Positions 25,148 to 34,019 of a DNA stretch of 35,469 nt are shown piece after piece. The stretch lies in the IMG/VR virus record IMGVR_UViG_3300032373_000064, positions 1 to 35,469 of that record; one strand, 5' to 3'. The DNA is from a virus (taxonomy: Duplodnaviria; Caudoviricetes). The notes beneath the pieces were generated by a model, which was not told the origin of the DNA, did no database searches, and saw only the letters and a program-made list of their open reading frames with translations. Position numbers and translations under genes: made by a program. Position 1 is the first letter of the stretch. Each line of letters opens with the position of its first letter.

Positions 25148-27209
25148 ATTCACATTCCCATGTGTAAGTTGAATAGAAATAGCGAGTACTGGTCAGTGTA
25201 CCAACCGGGCGCATATAAATAGAGAGATACCCTCCGTCATTACCGACTGTGTGGTCGAGCGCTATAGTACGTTTGTGAATATCATTCATAGCGCCAGTAA
25301 ACACTGTTCCTCCCCCTGTAGGCGTAAAGAACAAATCATTATGAAGAACTGTCGATGTAAACTCACCGTCGGCATCAAGGCCTGATTCCCAGCCACCTGA
25401 GGTCGTAGGCTCCCGATATATGACGTACATCTCCATATCAGTGACTTGAGTGTTGTTAGCCCTGCCAATCATATTTAAGGCTGTTACTTTCGTACCTGCT
25501 GGAACAAACATCCCTAGGTGCTCCCATTCGATAATAGGAGTTTCTCCCGTTCCGCTATTTTCAACGAATTGATAGTAGCTTGGCCCATACAAGTCATCAC
25601 TATCAGTTGTCCATCTTCTGTCTGTGTAGCAGTACCATCGGCCAGAATTAGGCATTAAAAACTTACTCGCAACATTCACCTGCGCGCCGGATTCAATACC
25701 GTCGAGCTTTACCCCATCGGTCGCAACGTCACGACCGTCTATAGTACCTGTCGTCGTAATATTCCCACTATTATCAACTGAAGCCAGAACCGTTTCTGCA
25801 CTATCCTGAATCTCTAGCAAGTTTTGGCTTTGGCCTGTACCCCCGCGAATAATGAGCTTTTTATCGGTAGGGGTTAAATCTCCATAGATAATGCTGCCGA
25901 TATTAAGCTGATAGTCTACGCCATCTACTAAGGATGCATCAGAACCAATAGCAGTACAGTTATTTACTGTGAGCCCGCCGAATCCTGCCCTGAATCCAAT
26001 ATAGAGATTTTCATTACCCTTATCTAAAGCGCTTCCAGCGAAAGCACCAACCGCAAGATTATCACTACCAAAGACCATGTTAGTGAGGGCGTTACCAATA
26101 GCGATGTTGTTGCCATCAGAGCCGCCATCACCTTTATAAAACTTTAAAGCGTCCGGCCCTATCGCAATATTGTCATCACTCTCCATATTGGCGAATAATG
26201 CCTGCTCCCCTATGGCAATATTATCGGTGCACCCTAAAGCCACAGGAAGACAATCCGTCCCTATAGCAATATTTTTAGCGCCATCGTTCCACACATTACA
26301 GTTGTCGCCAAAAGTTACGTTACCATTACTTGCGATTCGAGCATACCCATTATCCCCAATTCGAATAGAGTCAATACTTGGGTTAGTTCGCTCATAAAAG
26401 AAAATAGTATCGAGATCGCCTATCCATCCAGCTGATGCTTCAATACGAAAGCCATCGGAGAGAACATCAATAGGGAAATTGAAGTATCTTGAACTATTAG
26501 TATCGGCAACCTCAGCCTCATAAACAGATTGAGAGCTAAAATCATTACCCAAGTAGAGGCGAACGAACCCTGCTGTATAAGTGTAAACATTCATACGAAC
26601 AACGATAGTATCGCCGACGGCCATTTCCCGCCCTGTATCAGCAAGGAACTCTGCTTTTAGAAAGTCAGTGTCTAGCTCAGCAACATCTGTAGATACTGTT
26701 GCGGCAGTGCGTTTTAAGCGCCCGCCTGTAATTGCCCAATCACCCCCAGAAGTAAAAGTCCACTGGCCTGAATCTGAGCTAAATAAGTCACGATAGAATA
26801 AATTAATAGCGCCAGAGTCAGGGTCTTGAACGTGCAACTGAGCCGAGGGAGATGGTGCGTTGATACCAATGCGCGCGGAGCCTTCGACTGTGTCGTAAGC
26901 GTATGTTACGCCTGTTGTGCCGCCTAGAGAGCCAGCATCATTGAATTGCAGCTCTGTATCAGAACCGCCGGGAGTTACAGAAGTTAAATACCCAGCGTCG
27001 TTAGTAAGATCGGATATATTGTCACCTGATTGCAAGGCACTGTCTGCTAAAGCAAGGCTCGTTGTGACAGAGCCTTCAAGCATAGCGTTGGTGATGGTTC
27101 CGTCCTCAATAGTGTGATCTTCGTTCCAAGCGTTTTTAGCAATAAGCCCCTTGGCACCTGCATCCGGTGAGGGGGTATTGGTGCTCTGCGTTGTATGTTT
27201 AATCGCCAT
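25140..27209 (-). CDS. Tail fibre / spike-like protein
   Basis: GGSDTELQFNDAG, IGINAPSPSAQLHV, tandem NIAIG..AL beta-roll repeats, DGRDVATDGVKLDGIESGA. Confidence 0.8.
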   Translation of the reverse strand: MAIKHTTQSTNTPSPDAGAKGLIAKNAWNEDHTIEDGTITNAMLEGSVTTSLALADSALQSGDNISDLTNDAGYLTSVTPGGSDTELQFNDAGSLGGTTGVTYAYDTVEGSARIGINAPSPSAQLHVQDPDSGAINLFYRDLFSSDSGQWTFTSGGDWAITGGRLKRTAATVSTDVAELDTDFLKAEFLADTGREMAVGDTIVVRMNVYTYTAGFVRLYLGNDFSSQSVYEAEVADTNSSRYFNFPIDVLSDGFRIEASAGWIGDLDTIFFYERTNPSIDSIRIGDNGYARIASNGNVTFGDNCNVWNDGAKNIAIGTDCLPVALGCTDNIAIGEQALFANMESDDNIAIGPDALKFYKGDGGSDGNNIAIGNALTNMVFGSDNLAVGAFAGSALDKGNENLYIGFRAGFGGLTVNNCTAIGSDASLVDGVDYQLNIGSIIYGDLTPTDKKLIIRGGTGQSQNLLEIQDSAETVLASVDNSGNITTTGTIDGRDVATDGVKLDGIESGAQVNVASKFLMPNSGRWYCYTDRRWTTDSDDLYGPSYYQFVENSGTGETPIIEWEHLGMFVPAGTKVTALNMIGRANNTQVTDMEMYVIYREPTTSGGWESGLDADGEFTSTVLHNDLFFTPTGGGTVFTGAMNDIHKRTIALDHTVGNDGGYLSIYMRPVGTLTSTRYFYSTYTWECEYV

Positions 27210-29772
27210 CGACTTCTTCGATTCCTATCGGCTCATCGTTTTCATCATAGATAAGTTGTGCTTTACGCTTCGGACGTTTGGCCAAACCTTCAATGCGTTC
27301 GGATAATTGGCCGAGTACACCTTGTAAGTTTCGACGGTCTGTACCGCTCAATTGGCTATCCTGCTCAAGTTTTTGAAGAATAGGGTTTAAGTCCGCTGGT
27401 TGATTACCCTTACCTGCTTCGATAATAGCGCCCGCTAAGTTATCCTGCGCTTCTTTATTCTCTGAAAGAACCTTATCGAGTAACATCATATTCGATTCAC
27501 TCATACCAGAAATGAGTTCGCCTATCTGCGCAGTGGCTAGACGTTGCTGCTCTTGTAATACCTTAGATAACTCATCACCGATATTATTCAAAGGATTTGT
27601 AGGCTCTTCAACCGGAACTTCCTCTATTTGTGCTTGTGCGTTCTTTAAGTCCAGCTCCTTGCGCTTAAGACTTAACTCTTCCTGTTTGAGAACTGCCTGA
27701 AGTCGAGTCTCAAACAAAGAAGCCTCAAGTTTCGCTTTCTCAATAGCAAATTTCTGAACACTTTCACGCTCATCTCGTTGGGCCTTAGCCTTAGATTCTT
27801 GAATGTCTGTGGCCTCTTGCACTTTACCTTGCTGAATATCAGCTAGCTGCTTCATAGCGCGCGCTTCATTAAGTTTGGCAGTAGCTACCTTTTCTGCTGT
27901 CTCTGCTTCAAGTAATGCTTGCGCTAATGGGTCAGGTGGCGGTGGCTGCATAGCGGCCTGTTGCGCCTGCTGCTGTTGCTGAATGATTTGCTGAATCTGC
28001 TGCTTATTCTCAAGCTCATATGGCCATGACTCAATAAGCAGCGGCGCGATATCGACAGGATTAGGGCCTGTGCGTAGCGCTTGCGCCATTTGGAAGAGAC
28101 GTTCAAAACGGTCTACTCGCTCATCTTCACTGTGCGGTCGCTCAACAATCTTAAGCGTGTAAGCACGAGAGAGCGCCTCCTTAGAAAGCGTAAACTCTTC
28201 GCCTTTATTGGTGACTTTCTCAAGCACCAGCCCATCCCAGTTTTCCGAAAGAATACGTACCGCATCGATAAAGAGGCGACCTTCTCGTCGCATATACACT
28301 TTGTTCGCCTCAAAGAACTGAACCAAAACCATATAAGCTTGGCGCACAATCTTTGAGAACAGGCTGTTCGTCATGTTACCTGACTCAACTTGCCCCAAGA
28401 AATCCTGTGGTAGGCCGATAGAGGCAGGGATAAGCTGATTCATCAGGCCAATGAAGTCAGTCAAACCGCCCGGAACAGGCGGAATAGACTTTTCACGAAT
28501 CTTATTAAGGCCACCGCTATTAAGCAGTGTAATGTTCTGCTCATTAGCGCGCGTCTCTTTAAACTGCTTTGCGTCAATAAGCGCATCACGTTCGGCATAC
28601 ATCCCACCCTTAGGAACGCTCTCAAGGTAGCTGTTATAATCAGAAATACCTTTATTGAGTAAGCGGCATGGCTCAAGTAACGAGCGCCCTAGGCCGTAAA
28701 ATACTCGGTCAAGCTCATCATAGTACCCAGTTTTGTACTGGATAGAGAAATCAGTTGCCCAACTCTCTGAGCTATCAAGCACGATGCCACGTGCAATACG
28801 CGCTTTGTAAAACTTCTTACGTTGTCCTGTTTCCGGCTCAATCAGTTCGCGATAATCAAAGCCGCCACGCTCGTGATATTCTTTCAGCATCGCGCGGAAC
28901 TTGCGGTACTGGCTATCGGTCATAGTGAGGTACGGGTCGGCCATATCAACGCCCGTGACCTCTTCAAAGTCTGCAGCTGCTTCTAATAGTTGAGGCTGGT
29001 CTGTCGCTTCAATAATAAAATTGCGGAACGTACGGACACGCTCATATTCACACCACTCATAGTGGTACAGAATATCAACATCGTCGGTCGTCACATTATC
29101 AACAAAGAAGAGGAAGTCGTTAACGCCACGAGTTGTGCGTGTGGCGAGATCATTCTCAATAAAGCTGTGACCGTCATCATCTGACTTTAGAGCATTAATC
29201 TCATCCGTAAGCCACTTGTGGTTTACAATCTCAACGTAACCAGCCCACATAGCGCCCTTAAAGTTACGCTTCGAGCATGTGTTATCGTACATCAAGAAGC
29301 CGGGGAAGATACGGTCTACAATCACTTCACCATATGGCTTATCAGGATTCGTATAGTCAAAGTAAGTATGCGTTGCGCCGACACCGCAAGTAATCATGTC
29401 TTTACTACCAAGTGAAGATTCAAAATAGAAATCAGATTCATCTTGAAGATACTCAATAGCATCTGTCATCACATCTGATTCTTGCTCTTCATTATCTGTC
29501 GGGATGTCCTTGCGAGGCGTGACAGTAATGTCTGTACGGTTAATCACCTCATAGCCAGCAATCGCGTTGATAATTGGTTGCATGCGATTGATGGTATTTA
29601 CTGGCTTATTCTGTAGCTCTCGGTTGGTAACATCTCTTTGTGTCCAAGGTCTGCCTGCTTCGGCGGCGTACATTTCTTTAACTTGACTTCGCCACAACTG
29701 GATGTTTGTGGACTCAAGAAACAATGCCTGTCGCTCATTAAACTCTACTAATACTTCGTCTTCGCTCTTCAC
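27199..29772 (-). CDS. Portal protein (P22 gp1-like) with long C-terminal coiled coil
   Basis: TINRMQPIINAIAG, YGLGRSLLEPCRLLNK; follows TerL; Q/E/K-rich tail. Confidence 0.88.
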   Translation of the reverse strand: MKSEDEVLVEFNERQALFLESTNIQLWRSQVKEMYAAEAGRPWTQRDVTNRELQNKPVNTINRMQPIINAIAGYEVINRTDITVTPRKDIPTDNEEQESDVMTDAIEYLQDESDFYFESSLGSKDMITCGVGATHTYFDYTNPDKPYGEVIVDRIFPGFLMYDNTCSKRNFKGAMWAGYVEIVNHKWLTDEINALKSDDDGHSFIENDLATRTTRGVNDFLFFVDNVTTDDVDILYHYEWCEYERVRTFRNFIIEATDQPQLLEAAADFEEVTGVDMADPYLTMTDSQYRKFRAMLKEYHERGGFDYRELIEPETGQRKKFYKARIARGIVLDSSESWATDFSIQYKTGYYDELDRVFYGLGRSLLEPCRLLNKGISDYNSYLESVPKGGMYAERDALIDAKQFKETRANEQNITLLNSGGLNKIREKSIPPVPGGLTDFIGLMNQLIPASIGLPQDFLGQVESGNMTNSLFSKIVRQAYMVLVQFFEANKVYMRREGRLFIDAVRILSENWDGLVLEKVTNKGEEFTLSKEALSRAYTLKIVERPHSEDERVDRFERLFQMAQALRTGPNPVDIAPLLIESWPYELENKQQIQQIIQQQQQAQQAAMQPPPPDPLAQALLEAETAEKVATAKLNEARAMKQLADIQQGKVQEATDIQESKAKAQRDERESVQKFAIEKAKLEASLFETRLQAVLKQEELSLKRKELDLKNAQAQIEEVPVEEPTNPLNNIGDELSKVLQEQQRLATAQIGELISGMSESNMMLLDKVLSENKEAQDNLAGAIIEAGKGNQPADLNPILQKLEQDSQLSGTDRRNLQGVLGQLSERIEGLAKRPKRKAQLIYDENDEPIGIEEVDGD

Positions 29773-31034
29773 GCGTAAAACTCCCTAAGCGTAATACTGC
29801 CAGCAGTATCCTTGTTTGCACTTTGCGCCAGCGTTAAGAACGCGTCAGCCCCGTGACTATGTATGTCGTGCTTAGGGTCTTTCCCCACCCTACCACTTTG
29901 CTCATCAATAGCGTACCGATAATACCGTAGGCATTGTAACCCATCTTTTGTATTATCTTTATCGAAGAAACATCTTGAGAAAATACCACGTGCGGCATCG
30001 ATTGCCAAGTGTTTCCTGCTAATACGTGGAACTACATCAACATTGTCACCCAAATCAGGATTATCATACAGTGCGTCACGTAGCTGCTGTTCTATCGTTT
30101 TGTTGGCTGCGAGCTGCTCATTACTGGCATCATGAGGCAGATAATGCGTGCCATATCGATAGCCTTTATTGTCCAACTCTTCGATAAAGTGGCTGAAGTG
30201 CTTACCGTTATTCTCATAGTAATCAAGTATTCGCCATTCCATGCCAACCAATTGAGCGAACCATATAGCTGTGTTGTCAGAGCGCCCCAAGTCCCAGTAG
30301 GTGTTTACAGGTATACCTTTCTCAATCTTCACTGTGGTGATGCGATTCTCTGCCTTCACAAGCTCAAGCTCATCACCAAATATGGCGCCATCGACCGCCT
30401 GCTTGCACTCACCTAGCCAGATGTGCTTGAACTTATCTGGCTGTGTCATCTCTGTGCGCTTGGCTTGCGTCTTGATAACATCGGGGCACCATGGGTTATC
30501 TGTGTAGTTAATCTTCACGACCTTTGCATCATCAGGACGATTCATAACAAATAGCTTGTAGACAGGGTCTTCCTCAAGACTAGGATTGAAGCTGAACCAC
30601 ATCTCCGAGCCTTCTTTACGGATAGTAGGCTCCATGATGTCAAGCGTTGCTTCAGAGAATGTTTGCGCCTCTTCTCCCCAGAAGATGTCTACACCCTCAA
30701 GGGATTTCTTACTTGCGAGGTTGTGACGCAATCCACCAAAGAGAAATACCGTACCATTCTTGCCGTGAATCTTCCCGTTCTTCGCTTCATAAAACTCTTC
30801 AAGCCCCAACTCTTGAATCTTACCGATAAGAAGCGCATAGACCGACTCTTCAAGAGAGTTCTGAATCTCACGACCACAGAATATCTTGAGTGGCTTTTGA
30901 TAGCCAAGTACCACTAGCGTTGCCGCAAATGTGTGAGATTTACCTCCACCACGGCCACCATAAGCAACCTTGAAGCGGTGAGGCTCGAAAAGAAATTTAA
31001 GCTTTTTAGGAATCTTGAGATTCAGCGTTGTCAT
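29769..31034 (-). CDS. terL: Terminase large subunit (PBSX-like)
   Basis: YGGRGGGKSH, REIQNS, WGEEAQ, PTIRKEGSEMWFSFNP, WDLGRSDNTAIW, HDIHSHGADAF. Confidence 0.95.
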   Translation of the reverse strand: MTTLNLKIPKKLKFLFEPHRFKVAYGGRGGGKSHTFAATLVVLGYQKPLKIFCGREIQNSLEESVYALLIGKIQELGLEEFYEAKNGKIHGKNGTVFLFGGLRHNLASKKSLEGVDIFWGEEAQTFSEATLDIMEPTIRKEGSEMWFSFNPSLEEDPVYKLFVMNRPDDAKVVKINYTDNPWCPDVIKTQAKRTEMTQPDKFKHIWLGECKQAVDGAIFGDELELVKAENRITTVKIEKGIPVNTYWDLGRSDNTAIWFAQLVGMEWRILDYYENNGKHFSHFIEELDNKGYRYGTHYLPHDASNEQLAANKTIEQQLRDALYDNPDLGDNVDVVPRISRKHLAIDAARGIFSRCFFDKDNTKDGLQCLRYYRYAIDEQSGRVGKDPKHDIHSHGADAFLTLAQSANKDTAGSITLREFYA

Positions 31035-31332
31035 CTGCACTCACTAAATCAATTTGTATTTTGTCAAAAATATTTGAGCCGTCAGGATTTTGGTGCGTTT
31101 GTGTACCATCAACCCTAGCAAGCTTTGGCATATGATATTCTGCAATCTTTGTGAACGAATCAATAGCACCTTTGGGGTCTTCTTCTGCTACACGCGTAAG
31201 CCACTCTGCCAACTTATCAGCGTTCGCATCAACAAATTCAGCAATAGCTTCCCTTGCCCTGTCTGTTGATTTGTTTGGTACGCCTTTAACTCGACCACCT
31301 CTTCGTTCTCCGGGTTTTGAACCTCTAGGCAT
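31006..31332 (-). CDS. terS: Terminase small subunit
   Basis: GERRGGRVKGVPNKST and AEYHMPKLAR; immediately upstream of TerL. Confidence 0.75.
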   Translation of the reverse strand: MPRGSKPGERRGGRVKGVPNKSTDRAREAIAEFVDANADKLAEWLTRVAEEDPKGAIDSFTKIAEYHMPKLARVDGTQTHQNPDGSNIFDKIQIDLVSADDNAESQDS

Positions 31333-31347
31333 TATTGCTAGTCTTTG

Positions 31348-31728
31348 CTACTTTTGCAATTCCTCTACAAGCGATTCTGCATCTGCTCTGCGAAGCCGCT
31401 TCTCGTTAACAATATTGCCATCAGAATCAATCACATCAAACCACGTCTGCTTCTCACTTGTAGGCTCAATGGTATACTCACTGGAGGTCGGAACCTCAAC
31501 CGTAGTACGACCGACAGTCATGTCCTCGTTACGATTCCACACATGATTAACAAGAACACCATGCTTTGATGCGCTGTGAACCATATCGGAAAGCGAGTCA
31601 TACATTTTAGGGATGGCAATGACCGCACCTGTGTTAGAATCCTTCACAATGATATTCACTTCATCATTTGTGACGTCATGCCCTGCTCGATGGCAAAGCT
31701 CTTCAAATTGTTCTGCTACAGATGTCAT
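31348..31728 (-). CDS. Hypothetical protein, first gene of the packaging operon
   Basis: 126-aa ORF directly behind a consensus promoter. Confidence 0.7.
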   Translation of the reverse strand: MTSVAEQFEELCHRAGHDVTNDEVNIIVKDSNTGAVIAIPKMYDSLSDMVHSASKHGVLVNHVWNRNEDMTVGRTTVEVPTSSEYTIEPTSEKQTWFDVIDSDGNIVNEKRLRRADAESLVEELQK

Positions 31729-31763
31729 GCTCTAAGTATGATGATACTAACACGGATTGTCAA
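31728..31763 (-). promoter_or_regulatory. Sigma70-type promoter of the packaging operon, probably leaderless
   Basis: TTGACA (31763-31758), 17 bp, CATACT (31740-31735), 6 nt, ATG; no SD. Confidence 0.75.
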
Positions 31764-31766
31764 GCA

Positions 31767-31934
31767 TCAAAGTTCTTGTCCTATCGTGTGCGGCACATCT
31801 TCACCTAGCTCACGCAGGAGAATAGCGCAATTAACCATGCTAGACATCCTTTTCTTTTGTGATGCATCAATAAATTCTTCTTTTAACCAGTTAATCGCTA
31901 CTCGCAAAGCCTGATCTCGATTAAGATAATCCAT
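31767..31934 (-). CDS. Hypothetical protein
   Basis: MDYLNRDQALRV...; TGATG-coupled start at 31934. Confidence 0.6.
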   Translation of the reverse strand: MDYLNRDQALRVAINWLKEEFIDASQKKRMSSMVNCAILLRELGEDVPHTIGQEL

Positions 31935-32104
31935 CAAAGCTCCTGTTCCAATCCGCATCGTTGGCATTGCACGTAGCTGCCTTCAAGATAAAATAAAATC
32001 TTAAAATTCATATGATGACAATCCGCACACGCCAATGGCAACGCGCTTGCATCAACTTCTACCCTGTCTGTCCGCTTCGGAAATTCAAGTATCTGTGCTG
32101 TCAT
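31934..32104 (-). CDS. Small Zn-ribbon protein, 56 aa (not in ORF track)
   Basis: MTAQILEFPKR...CADC...CQRCGLEQEL*; coupled at both ends. Confidence 0.7.
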   Translation of the reverse strand: MTAQILEFPKRTDRVEVDASALPLACADCHHMNFKILFYLEGSYVQCQRCGLEQEL

Positions 32105-32334
32105 TGTGTTTCCCCGTTACCTCTTTTTATATTACATATTCTATGGGCTGCCTTTATGTTTCCCTTAACCCGTCCCCCTAGTGACTTTGGAACAACGTGA
32201 TCTGCAGTTGCTCTTTTTGGGTTTTCCGCACCAACGTTCAGTAGCATTTGATCTCCGCAAATCCAGCACTTTCCCTTCTGCCTTTTGTAAGCCTTTATCA
32301 TTTCATTACGTTTCGTTTTATTTTGAGAACCCAT
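32101..32334 (-). CDS. HNH endonuclease
   Basis: CWICG...TADHVVPKSLGG...NIKAAHRICNIKRG; start ATG 32334. Confidence 0.88.
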   Translation of the reverse strand: MGSQNKTKRNEMIKAYKRQKGKCWICGDQMLLNVGAENPKRATADHVVPKSLGGRVKGNIKAAHRICNIKRGNGETQ

Positions 32335-32642
32335 CACACCCCCTCCTTCACCGCTTGCAGGGCGGCTTTTGCTGATTGCTCCATAGTCACCTCTTCCCCT
32401 TCGACCCATAAAGCACTTAACGCCTCTACCACCTTCTCCACCATCTCCGGCGATGTGAGGTCTGGTGTGGCGCGGGTATTCCATGCTTGGGTTGCTTCCT
32501 CTTCGTTAAAATAAAAATAGGAATCATCAAAAACAGGGCAATCCACATTACTACAAAGTACTCCCATCTTTCTTGGTGCAAGATTAGTCATTGCCCCCTC
32601 GCCCCCACAAAAAGGGCATGGTTTAAGCTCACTCTTCATCAT
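32334..32642 (-). CDS. Lar-family restriction alleviation protein
   Basis: ELKPCPFCGGE...C...C...EEATQAWNTRA. Confidence 0.8.
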   Translation of the reverse strand: MMKSELKPCPFCGGEGAMTNLAPRKMGVLCSNVDCPVFDDSYFYFNEEEATQAWNTRATPDLTSPEMVEKVVEALSALWVEGEEVTMEQSAKAALQAVKEGV

Positions 32643-32880
32643 CACCTCCTTCGAGCGCACGCTTTACAACTATCTGAAGTCTCTCTACTTTAGATTTTAG
32701 TTTTTTATCACTGAAATATGGAAGAAGTGGGATTTCGATTAATAAATATTTTAATACCCCCTCGAGTTCTTCCGTGTAGCTTTTCTCGTCCACCTCTTCA
32801 CATTCATCCTCGTCATCGAATCTATATAACTCCTCTTCCAAGGCTGCACCGTAATCTAACTTATCCTTCTTTCGCATCAT
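32629..32880 (-). CDS. Hypothetical acidic protein
   Basis: GGAGG SD; coupled gene chain. Confidence 0.65.
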   Translation of the reverse strand: MMRKKDKLDYGAALEEELYRFDDEDECEEVDEKSYTEELEGVLKYLLIEIPLLPYFSDKKLKSKVERLQIVVKRALEGGDDEE

Positions 32881-33265
32881 CACCTCCCGTAATAGCTATT
32901 TCGACTCGTTGGCCGTTGTAGGTTGCGTGGGTTATTTGCGTAGGGGCTTTAAGAATTTCTACCAAAGGCCAGTGACTATAACTTATATCAGAGTCATCGT
33001 TAAAAAAATCTTCTGGAGATACAAGAGGCTTGCCCATCAATTGAATCCCCTCCGACAGATACCGATAAAGCAACTGCGCATCATCTGGCGTAGGATTGCG
33101 CGGGAGTGGTGGTAGGGCAGTGGCTATGTGGTAAGTAGTGTTTTTTACATGAAGCAAAGCATAGCAATCTTGTAATTTATACCACTCTGTTTTCCATGTT
33201 GGCTCAACCTTCCTATGCCAAACAACCGTCATAAGCTGGCCGTTTATGTTTTCAATCGTTATCAT
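32861..33265 (-). CDS. Hypothetical protein
   Basis: MITIENING...; GAGG SD. Confidence 0.65.
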   Translation of the reverse strand: MITIENINGQLMTVVWHRKVEPTWKTEWYKLQDCYALLHVKNTTYHIATALPPLPRNPTPDDAQLLYRYLSEGIQLMGKPLVSPEDFFNDDSDISYSHWPLVEILKAPTQITHATYNGQRVEIAITGGDDAKEG

Positions 33266-33486
33266 TTTGATTTCCTCGCCTCTATCGCCCATCCTACCGT
33301 TGTATATGTTTCAACATACAAGCTTGCGCCACATGAAGGGCACTGCCACTCATAACCACCTTCATCGTAATAGCCCGGCTCATCAGGGCTTGTGACCTCA
33401 TGGCACACAGGGCATTCCAACCCTTCTTCATTATATGTGTCGATAGGGTCTGCTTGAAGCGCTCTATGCTCATCCCATTTATCCAT
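33262..33486 (-). CDS. Zn-ribbon protein (paralog of 7483..7707)
   Basis: CPVC...CPSC. Confidence 0.7.
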   Translation of the reverse strand: MDKWDEHRALQADPIDTYNEEGLECPVCHEVTSPDEPGYYDEGGYEWQCPSCGASLYVETYTTVGWAIEARKSK

Positions 33487-33769
33487 TACACTCCCCCTCA
33501 CCCGCGAGGGCTTGTTTGGCTATCCATTGTAAGTTGTTAAAGCATCGCCATGCCCATTGCTCTTCGGGCATATTCATAGCTGGTGATTGACTTACGCCAT
33601 GACCTGCTATCTCCTCCAAAGCCTCCCGCAACCGCTCAATCTCCCGCTGCTGTGCTTCAAAATGGGGTTGAATAACCCCATTGAAGGCATGCAACATGCC
33701 GTTACTAACCGGCCCCTCTGCCTCGTTGTAATGGCCGACCATCTCCTCAATTATCTGCTGCTTATCCAT
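33479..33769 (-). CDS. Hypothetical protein
   Basis: EIERLREALEEIA...IAKQAL, a common phage accessory-protein pattern. Confidence 0.65.
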   Translation of the reverse strand: MDKQQIIEEMVGHYNEAEGPVSNGMLHAFNGVIQPHFEAQQREIERLREALEEIAGHGVSQSPAMNMPEEQWAWRCFNNLQWIAKQALAGEGECNG

Positions 33770-33948
33770 CACTTACGCTCCTTCGCCTCAAACAGTTTCT
33801 TCAATTTCGTTTCCACACGGTCAAGCGCGGCTGATTGCTTACCATCGAGATGGTGGTTTATGTGGTTCTGCGTTATGGCGCTGGCTAATGCCTGCTTCGT
33901 CATACTCGCTTCTTTTTCCGTTAAGTGTAATTCGCAAAATGTTGTCAC
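33769..33948 (-). CDS. Hypothetical protein, first gene of the leftward operon
   Basis: GGAG SD before GTG 33948, downstream of a promoter. Confidence 0.55.
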   Translation of the reverse strand: MTTFCELHLTEKEASMTKQALASAITQNHINHHLDGKQSAALDRVETKLKKLFEAKERK

Positions 33949-33973
33949 TGTGTTTTCTCCGTTTGTTATCCTA

Positions 33974-34001
33974 ACCATACACCTACGCGCCCTCATGTCA
34001 A
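33974..34001 (-). promoter_or_regulatory. Leftward early promoter
   Basis: TTGACA (34001-33996), 16 bp, TATGGT (33979-33974), with an A-tract upstream. Confidence 0.7.
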
Positions 34002-34019
34002 TTATTTTTATACAGTTAT

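Noticed and set aside
25140-27209. Diversity-generating retroelement or invertible cassette acting on the fibre
   Set aside because: No reverse transcriptase or invertase, and no template/variable repeat pair was seen.
12386-31546. Many plus-strand ORFs across the structural arm (e.g. 14695..15210, 13805..14194, 31151..31546)
   Set aside because: Antisense shadows of well-supported minus-strand genes, with no motifs.
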